The notes beneath the pieces were generated by a model that saw nothing but the letters and a program-made list of their open reading frames with translations, had not been told where the DNA came from and did not search any database. From the NCBI GenBank assembly GCA_903813345.2, contig CAIIXF020000001.1, forward strand, positions 22,444,001 to 22,508,000: a stretch of DNA of 64,000 nucleotides, written 5' to 3'. Position 1 is the first letter of the stretch. Each line of letters opens with the position of its first letter. This stretch comes from Owenia fusiformis (lineage: Eukaryota). The position numbers and the translations under genes were made by a program. Shown one piece after another: positions 9,231 through 21,172 of the stretch.

Positions 9231-12200
9231 CTAAGCAATAGAGACAAGTTCAGTGGCTGCCTCCTTTTCTTTCCGTTTCTTCTTCTTTTTCTTCTCTTCA
9301 TCAATAACAGTCTCAATAACCTCACCATTTTCCTGCTCTCCTTTCTTGTCCTTCTTCTTCTTTTTCTTCACCTTTTTCTCAGCATCTTCTTCGATGTTAT
9401 TGTTATCAATTTCTATAATTTGGTATTTTTCCTCAAGTTGTTTCTTTTTCTTCTTTTCTTTCTTACTGATAGGTGGCTCTGATGGTTGTTCAGTATTTCT
9501 TGATAGAACCATGTCATCTGGGGCCTGATGAAGCTCAACTTCTGCACGATTTCTTGTCGCTGATTTTTCTCGCTTCTGGGCTATTTTTTCTTTCATTTGC
9601 TCACGCTGCCTTTCCTGCTCTTGGACAATACTGGAATTTCAAAACAGATTTAACCCTTAATATATTTTGAAATTAGTTGCATAATGTAAAATGAATAGAT
9701 TGGATGAATGTGTCATCTTTTTATCATTGTTATGTCACCACCAAAAGTGGTGACATATTGTTATGGTCTCCGTTTTTTTGCGACGGCGTCCGGCGGTTGG
9801 TGGTTGGCGGTTGGCGTCCGGCGGTTGGCGTCTGTAACAATTTCTTACAACTTCCTATAACTTAACAAATACTGTTTAGACTGACTTCAATTTTTTTCTA
9901 AATCATCTACATGTTCTCAGAAGTTCAAATCTGACTTTAGATTTGACATTTGACCTTCAATGACCTTCTCAAGGTCAAAAAGGTCTTTTTTCAACTTGCT
10001 TCACATTGACTAAATTTTTTTTCAAAATCATCTACATGTTCTCAGAAATTCAAATCTGACTTTAGATTTGACATTTGACCTTCAAATCTGACTTTAGATT
10101 TGACATTTGACCTTCAATGACCTTCTCAAGGTCAAAAAAGGTCAAAAAGGTCTGTTTTCAACTTGCTTCAAATTGACTAAATTTTTTTTTCAAAATCATC
10201 TACGTGTTCTCAGAAATTCAAATCTGACTTAAGATTTGACATTTGACCTTCAATGACCTTCTCAAGGTCAAAAAAGGTCAAAAAGGTCTGTTTTCAACTT
10301 GCTTCAAATTGACTAAATTTTTTTTTCAAAATCATCTACATGTTCTCAGAAATTCAAATCTGACTTAAGATTTGACTTAAGATTTGACATTTGACCTTCA
10401 ATGACCTTCTCAAGGTCAAAAAAGGTCAAAAAGGTCTGTTTCCAACTTGCTTCAAATTGACTAAAAAAAATTTTCAAAATCATCTACGTGTTCTCAGAAA
10501 TTCAAATCTGACTTTAGATTTGACTTAAGATTTGACATTTGACCTTCAATGACCTTCTCAAAGTCAAAAAAGGTCAAAAAGGTCTTTTTTCAACTTGCTT
10601 CAAATTGACTAAATTTTTTTTTCAAAATCATCTACATGTTCTCAGAAATTCAAATCTGACTTTAGATTTGACATTTGACCTTCAATGACCTTCTCAATGT
10701 CAAAAAAGGTCAAAAAGGTATTTTTTCATCTTGCTTCAAATTGACTAAATTTTTTTTCAAAATCATCTACATGTTCTCAGAAATTCAAATATGACTTTAG
10801 ATTTGACATTTGACCTTCAATGACCTTCTCAAGATAAAAAAAAAGGTCAAAAAGGTCTTTTTTCAACTTGCTTCAAATTGACTAATTTTTTTTTTCAAAA
10901 TCATCTACATGTTCTCAGAAATTCAAATCTGACTTTAGATTTGACATTTGACCTTTAATGACCTTTTCAAGGTCAAAAAAGGTCAAAAAGGTCTTTTTTC
11001 AACTTGCTTCAAATTGACTAAATTTTTTTTTCAAAATCATCTACATGTTCTCAGAAATTCAAATCTGACTTTAGATTTGACATTTGACCTTCAATGACCT
11101 TCTCAATGTCAAAAAAGGTCAAAAAGGTATTTTTTCATCTTGCTTCAAATTGACTTAATTTTTTTCCAAAAATCATCTACATGTTCTCAGAAATTCAAAT
11201 CTGACTTAAGATTTGACTTTAGATTTGACATTTGACCTTCAATGACCTTCTCAAGGTCAAAAAAGGTCAAAAAGGTCTTTTTTCAACTTGCTTCAAATTG
11301 ACTAAATTTTTTTTTCAAAATCATCTACATGTTCTCAGAAATTCAAATCTGACTTTAGATTTGACATTTGACCTTCAATGACCTTCTCAATGTCAAAAAA
11401 GGTCAAAAAGGTATTTTTTCATCTTGCTTCAAATTGACTAAATTTTTTTTCAAAATCATCTACATGTTCTCAGAAATTCAAATATGACTTTAGATTTGAC
11501 ATTTGACCTTCAATGACCTTCTCAAGATAAAAAAAAAGGTCAAAAAGGTCTTTTTTCAACTTGCTTCAAATTGACTAATTTTTTTTTTCAAAATCATCTA
11601 CATGTTCTCAGAAATTCAAATCTGACTTTAGATTTGACATTTGACCTTTAATGACCTTTTCAAGGTCAAAAAAGGTCAAAAAGGTCTTTTTTCAACTTGC
11701 TTCAAATTGACTAAATTTTTTTTTCAAAATCATCTACATGTTCTCAGAAATTCAAATCTGACTTTAGATTTGACATTTGACCTTCAATGACCTTCTCAAT
11801 GTCAAAAAAGGTCAAAAAGGTATTTTTTCATCTTGCTTCAAATTGACTTAATTTTTTTCCAAAAATCATCTACATGTTCTCAGAAATTCAAATCTGACTT
11901 AAGATTTGACTTTAGATTTGACATTTGACCTTCAATGACCTTCTCAAGGTCAAAAAAGGTCAAAAAGGTCTTTTTTCAACTTGCTTCAAATTGACTAATT
12001 TTTTTTTTCAAAATCATCTACATGTTCTCAGAAATTCAAATCTGACTTTAGATTTGACATTTGACCTTTAATGACCTTCTCAAGGTCAAAAAAGGTCAAA
12101 AAGGTCTGTTTTCAACTTGCTTCAAATTGACCAAATTTTTTTTTCAAAATCATCTTCATCTTTTCAGAAGTTCAAATTTGACTTAACAAGTTATCAGAAA

Positions 12201-15200
12201 TTCAAATCTGACTTAAGTTTGAACTCATAATATTGTGAGCAACTAGGTGGTGACATTTTGTCATGTTAATGCCTTGTTAATTTAGAAAGTGTTTGTGTAG
12301 ATTTTTGTGCTGTCTCCTTGTATCTTAGGCAGAACAGAATTTTACATGGGATGATATACATGATAGTTGGTTCTACTGCTTCTTGAATTGCTATACCATG
12401 TGGTCTCTTTTGACTATATTTAACAAGCAAACAAAGAAATAAAATTTCATTTACGTATTTTCTCTCTGTGCAGCTTGATGAAGAAGTTCATAGGCCTTAT
12501 CCCTCTTTTCCTGTTTCTTGGCCCTCTTCTGTTTTATGATCTCTGCCTGCCTTTGCCTCTCATTCTCAAACTGCACATTGTGGTTGTCCAGGCTGCTCAT
12601 CATTTTGTCCCTCTCCTACGAGTACATAGATTAAATGGATAAAGTGTTTATCCTGAAGGAAATAAATTTATTTCCTCTTCATTCTCAAACTGCACATTAT
12701 GGGTGTCGAGGCTTCTCTTCCATAATTTTTCCCTCTTGTCCAAATACATTTCAGAGGAAATAAGTTTATATCCTCGGCATACATACACATTTTTCATCAT
12801 ATCTTCAGGCTGAAGTATAGTTTGAAATAGGGTTATAGACTGGCAAGTTATGGATATAGGGGTTATTCTAAGTTTGGTTGAGATAAAGATATGTACCTCA
12901 CTGCTCACTGAGATCAGCATTGCTCATTGTTTTGCCTATATGAACAAAAACCATAGTAACAGCATGAAAGCCATGTTAACTGCTATTATAGAATACTTTG
13001 ATATTGTGCTAAGAATGTTTTGGATGCAACAACGTAGCATTTTAGTCTCTTCTTGATTGTGAGTTTATTGCAGTAGTTTATTGACATGTCTTTCGTCATT
13101 AAGTTGTAAAAGGAATGTATTTATTGATCTGACCATGTTAGTTGATACGGAGCTATTGATTACTATAGCGTTGGTTCTAGAAGTTTACAGATATTCCCAG
13201 AGTTATTTATCTGTCAGTAGGTAAAATCATGGGATTTCAAGATAAAGCCCATGGTAAAATCATAATTCAGAACTGTTTTAACGCTTCTCATACAGAAAAA
13301 TTTAATGCTTTTTATTATTTTTTAATGCACCAAATAATGTTCATGTTGAATCCTACATTTTTTGATATGTATCATAAAACATATGGCCCAAAACAGTATC
13401 ATTAATTCCTTTATGCTATCTTTTTTGGCTGAGGACATTGGGTTAGAACATACAGGGCTGTCATCATGCATGTTTAATTGTGGTTTAGGAGTGCTCATAC
13501 TTCGAGAGCTTACATGTTAATATCTTATGTACTTAGAACTGCTTTGTCTACCAGTTTGACTGATGCTCCCAGGGGTGCGTTTATCTAAATTAATTCGTAA
13601 TGATCACTTTTGTATCTTTGGTATTCCAGACACATTGTTTGCCTTCAAGTTGGTATTGCACTATAAAGTTATTAGTTGGCCAGAGTTGATAGTTTAAGAT
13701 AATGCTGTTAGGGTAGAAAGGGAAAATATTGATGATGTAAATGTGAGAAAAAAGAAAACTTGGAGGTTTATTGATCCAAGCTCTTGGCTAGAAATGAGGA
13801 ATAAAAGGTCTATTATTTATAATGTTTTACTTTTGTTAGCCCTGGGCAAATAAAGCGTTAAACATTCCTTGTTTTTCCGGAATTGTTTAGGGAATGAGGC
13901 GGCTTATTTTGCATGTGGGAAATGGATCAAAGGAATGTTTTTATTTTCAATTTTTTTGACTGATTTATTGGGAAATTTTGTTGACATGCAATATGTTTGA
14001 TATACAATCTAGTTTTGGTTTGGGTATGCCTGATAAATTAGAAAGGCACCACTTTTGGTTTGGCAAAAATGTTGTGATTATGTTCTCAGATTTACATTTG
14101 AATTACTCAATTCAGAAGTTTTTCTCTCAGTTGGACTCTGTGGACTTGTTACTTCTTTTATCACATTATGGATAGCAACATCATAGACTTATTATCCACA
14201 TTGATCTGAATCTTGGTTCCAGCGCATAACAATGAGATGCATAAATGAAGTTTTATAAGATATTGATCATTTTATTGACAGGTAAATGGATCATTATTCA
14301 CTTCCGGAAGGTTCCACTGAGGACAATGGGAAATCCGGATTTGATGGATATCAGATCAATAATAAGAAAATTGTTTGTATCACTTAGACATTAGAATTAG
14401 CAAAGAAAACATTGAATTGGAATATGGAACATTATCACAAAAAATAGAGTATACTCAGCCTAAAACAGATTTAGGAAGCTTGATTGAAACATTTTTCTTT
14501 ACTGCAAAGTCATTCTCAGCTACATCATGATTTGCACTGAATTAAACGTTGGCCCTTACCTCTTCATAATATTTATTGACATCGGCAGGTGCTTTGCGTT
14601 CACCTCCAGGTATAGGTGTCCCTGGTATAGCCATCTCTAGTTCCACTGCCCTCATACTTAGATTGGTCCCGTCCCTCTGGGGCATACCATTATATGGTGA
14701 CAGCGTGTCGGCACGAAGATATTCTGGATTATGGAATGTCATTTCATTATGGCTACGACTGAGTTGCCGATTGTCTCCACGTGAAGTTGGATTTGCATTT
14801 GCACTTCCTGCATTAAATACAGCAGTGTGGGTGGAGTTAGAGGTACGATTTGGTTTACTTCCTGGTTCAGTACTTGCCCGGGCGTGACCTGGCTTAGCTT
14901 GTATAACTGGCTCGTGTATTGCATGCTCTGGTTTAGGTAGAACTGGTGTTATTGTTCGTTCTGGTTCTACTACTTCATTGTCATTTTTATTTTTTGATTT
15001 TAAAGGTTTCAACTTGCCAACCAGTTTAACAGGTGGTTCAGTTCGACTCCTAGGTCTTCTAGGACTTCTTGTTTTTGGTGATTCTTCTGATTGGACATGG
15101 AATGTGGCCGCCACCTTGTGTTCATTTTCAGCATTGCGAGAATGTCGAGCTGAGTGACGCTCATGGGGAGTCATTCTTCCAGGATATGGACGTTTAGGTT

Positions 15201-18200
15201 CTTTGCCTTGTTTAGGTGGTAGCTCCAGGCGGGAGTCTGGACGTGGGGCTGGGGACTTACCACGACTACTCATTGGGCGACTCGTCTCTGAGCCTGATGA
15301 TTTACCGCTGGAGAGTCGTTCACGGGCTGGAGGGAAAGAGTTCAAAGTTACTTGTTGAAGCATAAAATTATTAAAGTTGACTTTCATTTCATATATGTAC
15401 ATTGTACGTGTATTGATCGAATAATGACTGATACTTCATTGTTGTTGTTATTGTTATAATAACATTACCACAGTTATTTAGTCATACTATTTAAGTACAC
15501 TACTCCACTGGGGATGAACTGGAAACGAGGGAGGTTTGACTTCGTATCAAAATGGCCGCAAATGAAACAAGAGCATTTGGTAAGACCTTTCTTTTCACAA
15601 TTTCGTGCATTTATCTTTCAAATTACAACTAAATATTTGGCAGGTACATAGTTCATAAGTCCCGGTTTCAATATGATTACAACTTAGAAATCAATCCAGT
15701 CATTGCTGAGATTTTAACAAATCAATTCCCTAGCTTTGGAAACGGACACATTTTTCAATGATAAGAAGAAATGTTTAACTTGCGAAAAACTTGCCTCATG
15801 AAGGCATCAATTTGCAAATATCAAAGCAATGACTGCATTAATTTCTAACATGTAATTATATTCTGAAACCGTAACTCACAAACCACTTACTTGCCAAATA
15901 TTTAGTAATAATTTGAAGGACAAAAGCATGAAAATCGTAAAAACAAAAAATCTTTCCAAATCCTCCTTTTTCATTGCGGCCATTTTGATGCAAGGCAAAA
16001 CCTCGCTCGTTTCCAGTTGTTGCTGCTGTCTTTTCCAGACCATCTCCAGTGTATACTCACAACATTAATATAATGTATGCCTTCATCTTGACTAAATTGA
16101 TGCAATATTTTATAACATTGCTACAATCATATAATCTTGTCATGGCATTAATTCTCAATTCTTCATTCGGAAATTCATGACAGTGATCTCCTTTCTTAAA
16201 AAAGACAATCTAGCTGTTTTAAGAAATAAGATATACTGAGTATAAGGAGTTATCTACTGACACTGTTGTTGTATCCGCACATGTAGTACAAAGGAAGATT
16301 TAACCATTTATTATAATGTTAACACCACCTCAGAGGTGCTACATGCTGATATATTCATTATGGTTAATAATACTAAAATGGATTTAGAAATTTTCATTAT
16401 GGATGTCTACCCATGCAGTACACAAATGAATGATGCCTTGTACTGATTTCTCCCCTGCCTGATAATATAATGATAATGCAAACATACAGTAAAAACATTA
16501 ACATTGCACTCATTAATTTAATTAAAAGCGATAGAGATATCTCAATCATAACAATTTAGTGAATAGAAAATGAGACATTACACCATATGAAAAAATGCTG
16601 CTACTTTCACTCCAGAGCGTTACATTCGTTTGTAAACGCTGCGGAGCTAAATAAAATGGTGGGTGAATGACTGGTGGCTGTAAATATACCTATCGCTGCA
16701 GAAGTACCACGCAGTTTTTCTTGTTCGGCTCTTATCTCATTGCCAGTCATTTTTAGTTCATTCCTGCTCTCATGTATGAAGCCGAGCATCACCACACTCT
16801 CTTTGGCATATAGCTGCTCCACTGCATGTAGAAAAGCCTCCTAAAATTCAGAATTCTTTTTTTTAGTTATTGTACATGTTCTGTAGAATTATTTTACATA
16901 AAAAGGTGTTTGCAATTTAAGTATACTGTACATGTATTCGCAATTTTTTCGGTTTCATAAAAATATTTAAATGTAATAGGTGTTCAAAGAAGGTATACTT
17001 TGCATGTATTCATATTTTAAATATTTTACATCTATAATGTAATAGAATGCTTATTTCAAGGCACAACATGTACTAACCTAAGACAGATATTTCTTGAGAT
17101 TACTAAAACAAGTACTTGTAAAATTACGTATCTAGGTTTTCTGTTTCAATAGACTAGATGCGAGTAGAAATAATCTTCATTAGGCCTATTGTCATAAAGG
17201 TAACTGGTCAACTCATACCCAAGACAACTCGTACCCAAGTCAAGTCGTACCCAAGACAACTCGTACCCAAGACAACTCGTACCCAAGACAACTTGTACCC
17301 AAGTATATGTTTTGTTTTGAATCAAGTGTTGGGCTGGGAATGGGTATAGATATACATATTATAATGGTTACATACAGTTCAGAATAGTTTGAAGTATGTA
17401 GAAGAGTTTTTGGAAGAAATCGATTGAAATTTGTGACCAAATATATTGGTCACAGATTCAGATGTTCGAGGGAAGAGATTTATGTTTATTCCACATATTC
17501 ATAATCATTGTTCACAATATTAGTGGTATTTTTGTATGTTAATGATTGTTTGGAACAAGTATCAGATCTAATTCATCTTGAAATATGGTATTATCAAAAA
17601 TATAAAGATTTTCAAAACTTGCGCCTATTTCTTATTAAACAGATAATCTATTTAGGATTTCATATTATCAGATTAAAGAATGATAATTCTAAGAAGTCAC
17701 CTTCATAAAATTAAGCAATAAAAAATATTCTAAATAATATGAATATCAAATATTATTTTGATACTTATTCATACATGATATAATACACTTTGCATGCATG
17801 TGTTCAAATATAATCCAATTAAGTTCAAAATGGAAAAGAAATTAACAGATTAAAGTTCCCTTATTAATTTTCTCTGAATGCACTTAGCTAAATTAATTGT
17901 TTGATTCATTTGTTGAAAAGTTACTGTTGTAATTATATTCATTTATATATATGTATTACAAAAAAGTAGAGAACAAGCCCTTCAAAGCACTTCAAAGGTA
18001 ATCCAAGTAAAAACAAAATGCTTTGCTTAATCCATTGAGAAAAAATGTCTTCTAAATTCAGAAAAAAATATTGAGGCACATTATAACATTAAACATTTTG
18101 ACACAGACTCAGTTTGTTTTCTTATATGCACCCATAATACAGAAAATAAACGTGGGTACGAGTTGTCTTGGGTACCAGTTGACTTGGGTACGAGTTGTCT

Positions 18201-19303
18201 TGGGTACGAGTTGTCTTGGGTATGAGTTGTCTTGGGTACGAGTTGACTAGGAAGCGTCATAAAAACTCAAAAGTCAGTTTTCTTTGAAACTGTGACTTCT
18301 AGGCCGGGGAGATTCCCCATTGACCCCATGTTGTAAAATCACAAAAGTGAAATATATTTTCTTGTGTTGCGCAGATAATATTTTCTTTTACTGGACATAT
18401 TTTAATTTGTATAACTATTAGATACATAAGGGTAATATGAAACGTGAAACACTTAAACTGATGAATATATGTGTTAAAGGGAACTTCTAATACCCTGCCA
18501 TATTATTTCCCCCCGAATTAGCCACCTGGTGGCGAAACTGGTAACTACCTACTTGCATCTGAGTAATTAAATGGTGATTGAACTCATAAAATACTATTTG
18601 TCAATAATGTGTTTATAAAATGTCATAAAATGGGGCCATTGGCATATAGCTTATCTCATTATTATATTGCTTTATTCTGTTCTGCACAATCAATTGCATC
18701 ATAAAAAACTATAGTGTTTCCGACTTATGTAGAATGCCTTATTATTAATTACAAATGGAGAGATTGCCAGTGTGAAACGCATCATGATTCTGTTTGAAGG
18801 TTAACAACACATAAAATGTATTCTGAGATTTCAATCCATATTAAAAGGGTGATTTTTGTAATGAGAATTTTTTCCCTAAGGGAAAGAAAACATAACATTT
18901 TATGTATATACCTGTACATGCAGCATTTGAGGGAAAGCATTTTATCCTAATGCACTCATAAATGCTCTATACAGGTAGACCTGAGACCTAATTAACATAT
19001 TGGAACATTTCTCCTAAAGTGTATCAATGTTGAATATACCCAAAGGGCACCTAAAAACCGAATATCATGTAATATATTTTAGTGAAGAGGACAATATATT
19101 GACCGAGCAATCTTTCATTCTAAGCACTTTCACTCTTCTCATAATGTATTCATCACTCCCAGTGAACTCCTGATCATTGATCATTGCTATTTATTAAAAG
19201 GTAATCAATTGTGCTTTAAGCAACTGAGGGCACTGACCTGCATTTCTGGCTTGAGGGTCCTCATCTTTTCTATGAGTTCATCGTTCTCCCAGATGTCACT
19301 CAT
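9231..19303 (-). CDS. Uncharacterised charged/disordered protein, about 514 aa; coding exons 19303-19238, 16840-16690, 15326-14560, 12615-12455, 9630-9231
   Basis: All junctions are GT-AG with matching phases (0,1,0,2); total 1545 nt, open to TAG at 9233-9231. Translation MSDIWENDELIEKMRTLKPEMQ/EAFLHAVEQLYAKESVVMLGFIHE.../ARERLSSGKSS...YYEE/ERDKMMSSLDNHNVQFENERQRQ.../IVQEQERQREQMKEK...KKKKKRKEKEAATELVSIA*. The start codon is inferred; no domain recognised. Confidence 0.8.
9727..12278 (+). mobile_element. Helentron-associated (HINE/DINE-1-type) element, family B, carrying a ~136-bp satellite (~17 monomers)
   Basis: 5' ATGTCACCACC with partial hairpin, GGCGGTT/GGCGTCC microsatellite, CATCTACATGTTCTCAGAA recurring every ~135-148 bp from 9904 to 12151, 3' GGTGGTGACAT subTIR then ...TTAATGCCTTGTT. 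Confidence 0.88.
15506..16051. mobile_element. Diverged palindromic MITE with CAC...GTG ends
   Basis: CACTGGGGATGAACTGGAAACGAGGGAGGTTT...ATCAAAATGGCCGCAA mirrors TTGCGGCCATTTTGAT...AAACCTCGCTCGTTTCCAGTT...CATCTCCAGTG; TSD unclear (TACTC left, TATACTC right). Confidence 0.7.
17199..18255. mobile_element. Foldback-type element with TIRs built from 16-bp tandem repeats, 8-bp TSD
   Basis: (CAACTCGTACCCAAGA)x6 at 17209-17303 and the reverse-complement array at 18153-18247; TSD GTCATAAA at 17191-17198 and 18256-18263. Confidence 0.88.
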
Positions 19304-20145
19304 GTTGATGGAATCAAACTAGTTCAGTCAATATAACCAATATAATCAATAAACTAGTTCAATTGTTATGATTGATTTTATAATCCAGATATTATATCTA
19401 ACATCGGTCTATTTTCTACTTTTCTTGATTTAAATTACTTTTTCCAGGTTTCTTTATCAAAATGCAATTCTCGGGTTCATCTATGTACATGTAGCGTCAT
19501 TGAGTGGAAATGATTTTATAGTCCCATGCTCTGTATTCCTTTTCTTTTTATTATTGAACTTTAATCTTTCGTTAGAATCCAGGCAGTATACTTCCTTTAA
19601 TATTCGAGTTGTCAGGAGTTGTCTTCCATCTGTCTTTGCATCCTATGACTGGCTGAAAAACAGAAAAAGGAAATCATTATTCAAATAGAGAGACGTGACT
19701 GTATCACATTTTTGTGATGGAAGTGTCTGCAATTAGCAAATCCATAAATTCATAATTTATTTCGTTTGAGGCAGCAATTGAAAATTCAATACTGATGAGG
19801 AAATAAAAGAAATATAGAAATAAAAGGAATCCAGGGACGTAGAAAATATTAAGAATTTTTTTTATCACTTGATCATCTGTAATTTATTTTTTACATGTAC
19901 CAACTTTGCAACGTTCCTCAACATTATTGTCCAAGGAAATGAATAAATATTGTTGGTCAGATGTAAATATTGTTTGTCAGGCGTACACAGTGCAGTGTAC
20001 AGTGTATATCCGTGGGACATAGATCCTTCAAGATCAGATTTCAATGAGCCAGCTCATGGAAAGAATTGAAATACCCTTGGACCAAGAATGCAATTGTTTG
20101 ATTGCTTGCTTCTTGGTTCAGATCTGATCACGCACTAGCAGAATT

Positions 20146-21172
20146 TTTTTATCACACCATCGGTGGGATATAGTCGTCATACTGGTCGTGATCGTGGTCG
20201 TGATCGTGGTCATGGTGATCGTGATCGTCCCGCTTTTGTCATCGCCGTTTAAGGAAAACTGCTCATCAGATTTTCTCCAAATTCGCAGAGATGATAGAGC
20301 ATATGAAGTACTAGAGCTGATTAACTTTTGGGTGGCCATTTTGTTTTCTGGCGGCCATTTTGAAGGTTTTCGAAAAATCTTGTCATCGCCATTTCAGGAA
20401 AACCGCTCATCGGATTTCCTTCAAATTTACACAAATGATAGAGGATATCAAGTACTAGAGCTGATTAACTTTTGAGTGGCCATCTTGTTTTCTGGCAGCC
20501 ATTTTGAAGATTTTTCAAAAAATCTTATTATCGCCATTTCAGAAAATCCGCTCATCGGATTTCCTTCAAATTTACACACATGATAGAGGATATCAAGTAC
20601 TAGAGCTGATTAACTTTTGGGCGGCCATCTTGTTTTCTGGTGGCCATTTTGAAGGTTTTTCGAAAAATCTTGTCATCGCCATTTTAGGAAAACCGTTCAT
20701 CGGATTTCCTTCAAATTTACACAAATGATAGAGGATATCAAGTACTAGAGCTGATTAACTTTTGGGCGGCCATCTTGTTTTCTGGCAGCCATTTTGAAGA
20801 TTTTTCGAAAAATCTTGTCATCGCCATTTCAGAAAATCCGCTCATCGAATTTCCTTCAAATTTACACACATGATAGAGGATATCAAGTTCTAGAGCTGAT
20901 TAACTTTTGGGCGGCCATCTTGTTTTCTGGTGGCCATTTTGAAGGTTTTTCGAAAAATCTTGTCATCGCCATTCAGGAAAACCGCTCATCGGATTTCCTT
21001 CAAATTTACACAAATGATAGAGGATATCAAGTACTAGAGCTGATTAACTTTTGGGCGGCCATCTTGTTTTCTTGTTCTTGAAATTTGTAAACATAATAGG
21101 AGAACAGTTTTCCTGGTTCATAGTGTCTGCCTATTTGATGGTGTGATCTCGTTCACGTCCTGTGCCTTGTTT
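20146..21172 (+). mobile_element. Helentron-associated (HINE/DINE-1-type) element, family C, ~145-bp core x6
   Basis: subTIRs ATCACACCATC (20151-20161) / GATGGTGTGAT (21137-21147), (GATCGT/GGTCGT)n microsatellite, tandem cores with GGCGGCCATYTTG, 3' end ...GTGCCTTGTT like family B. Confidence 0.85.

Noticed and set aside
9253-9528. Phe/Ser-rich plus-strand ORF (also 14576-14887 and antisense ORFs over both LINEs)
   Set aside because: Antisense shadows of real coding sequence on the other strand.
19439-19652. Additional upstream coding exon for the minus-strand gene
   Set aside because: Good acceptor but stops in all frames or no in-phase strong donor; more likely 5' UTR.
20188-21081. Repeated ORFs (..SSDFLQIYT..LELINFW..), also 1258-1512, 56774-57010, 57520-57839
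   Set aside because: Incidental translations of satellite cores and microsatellites in Helentron-type elements.
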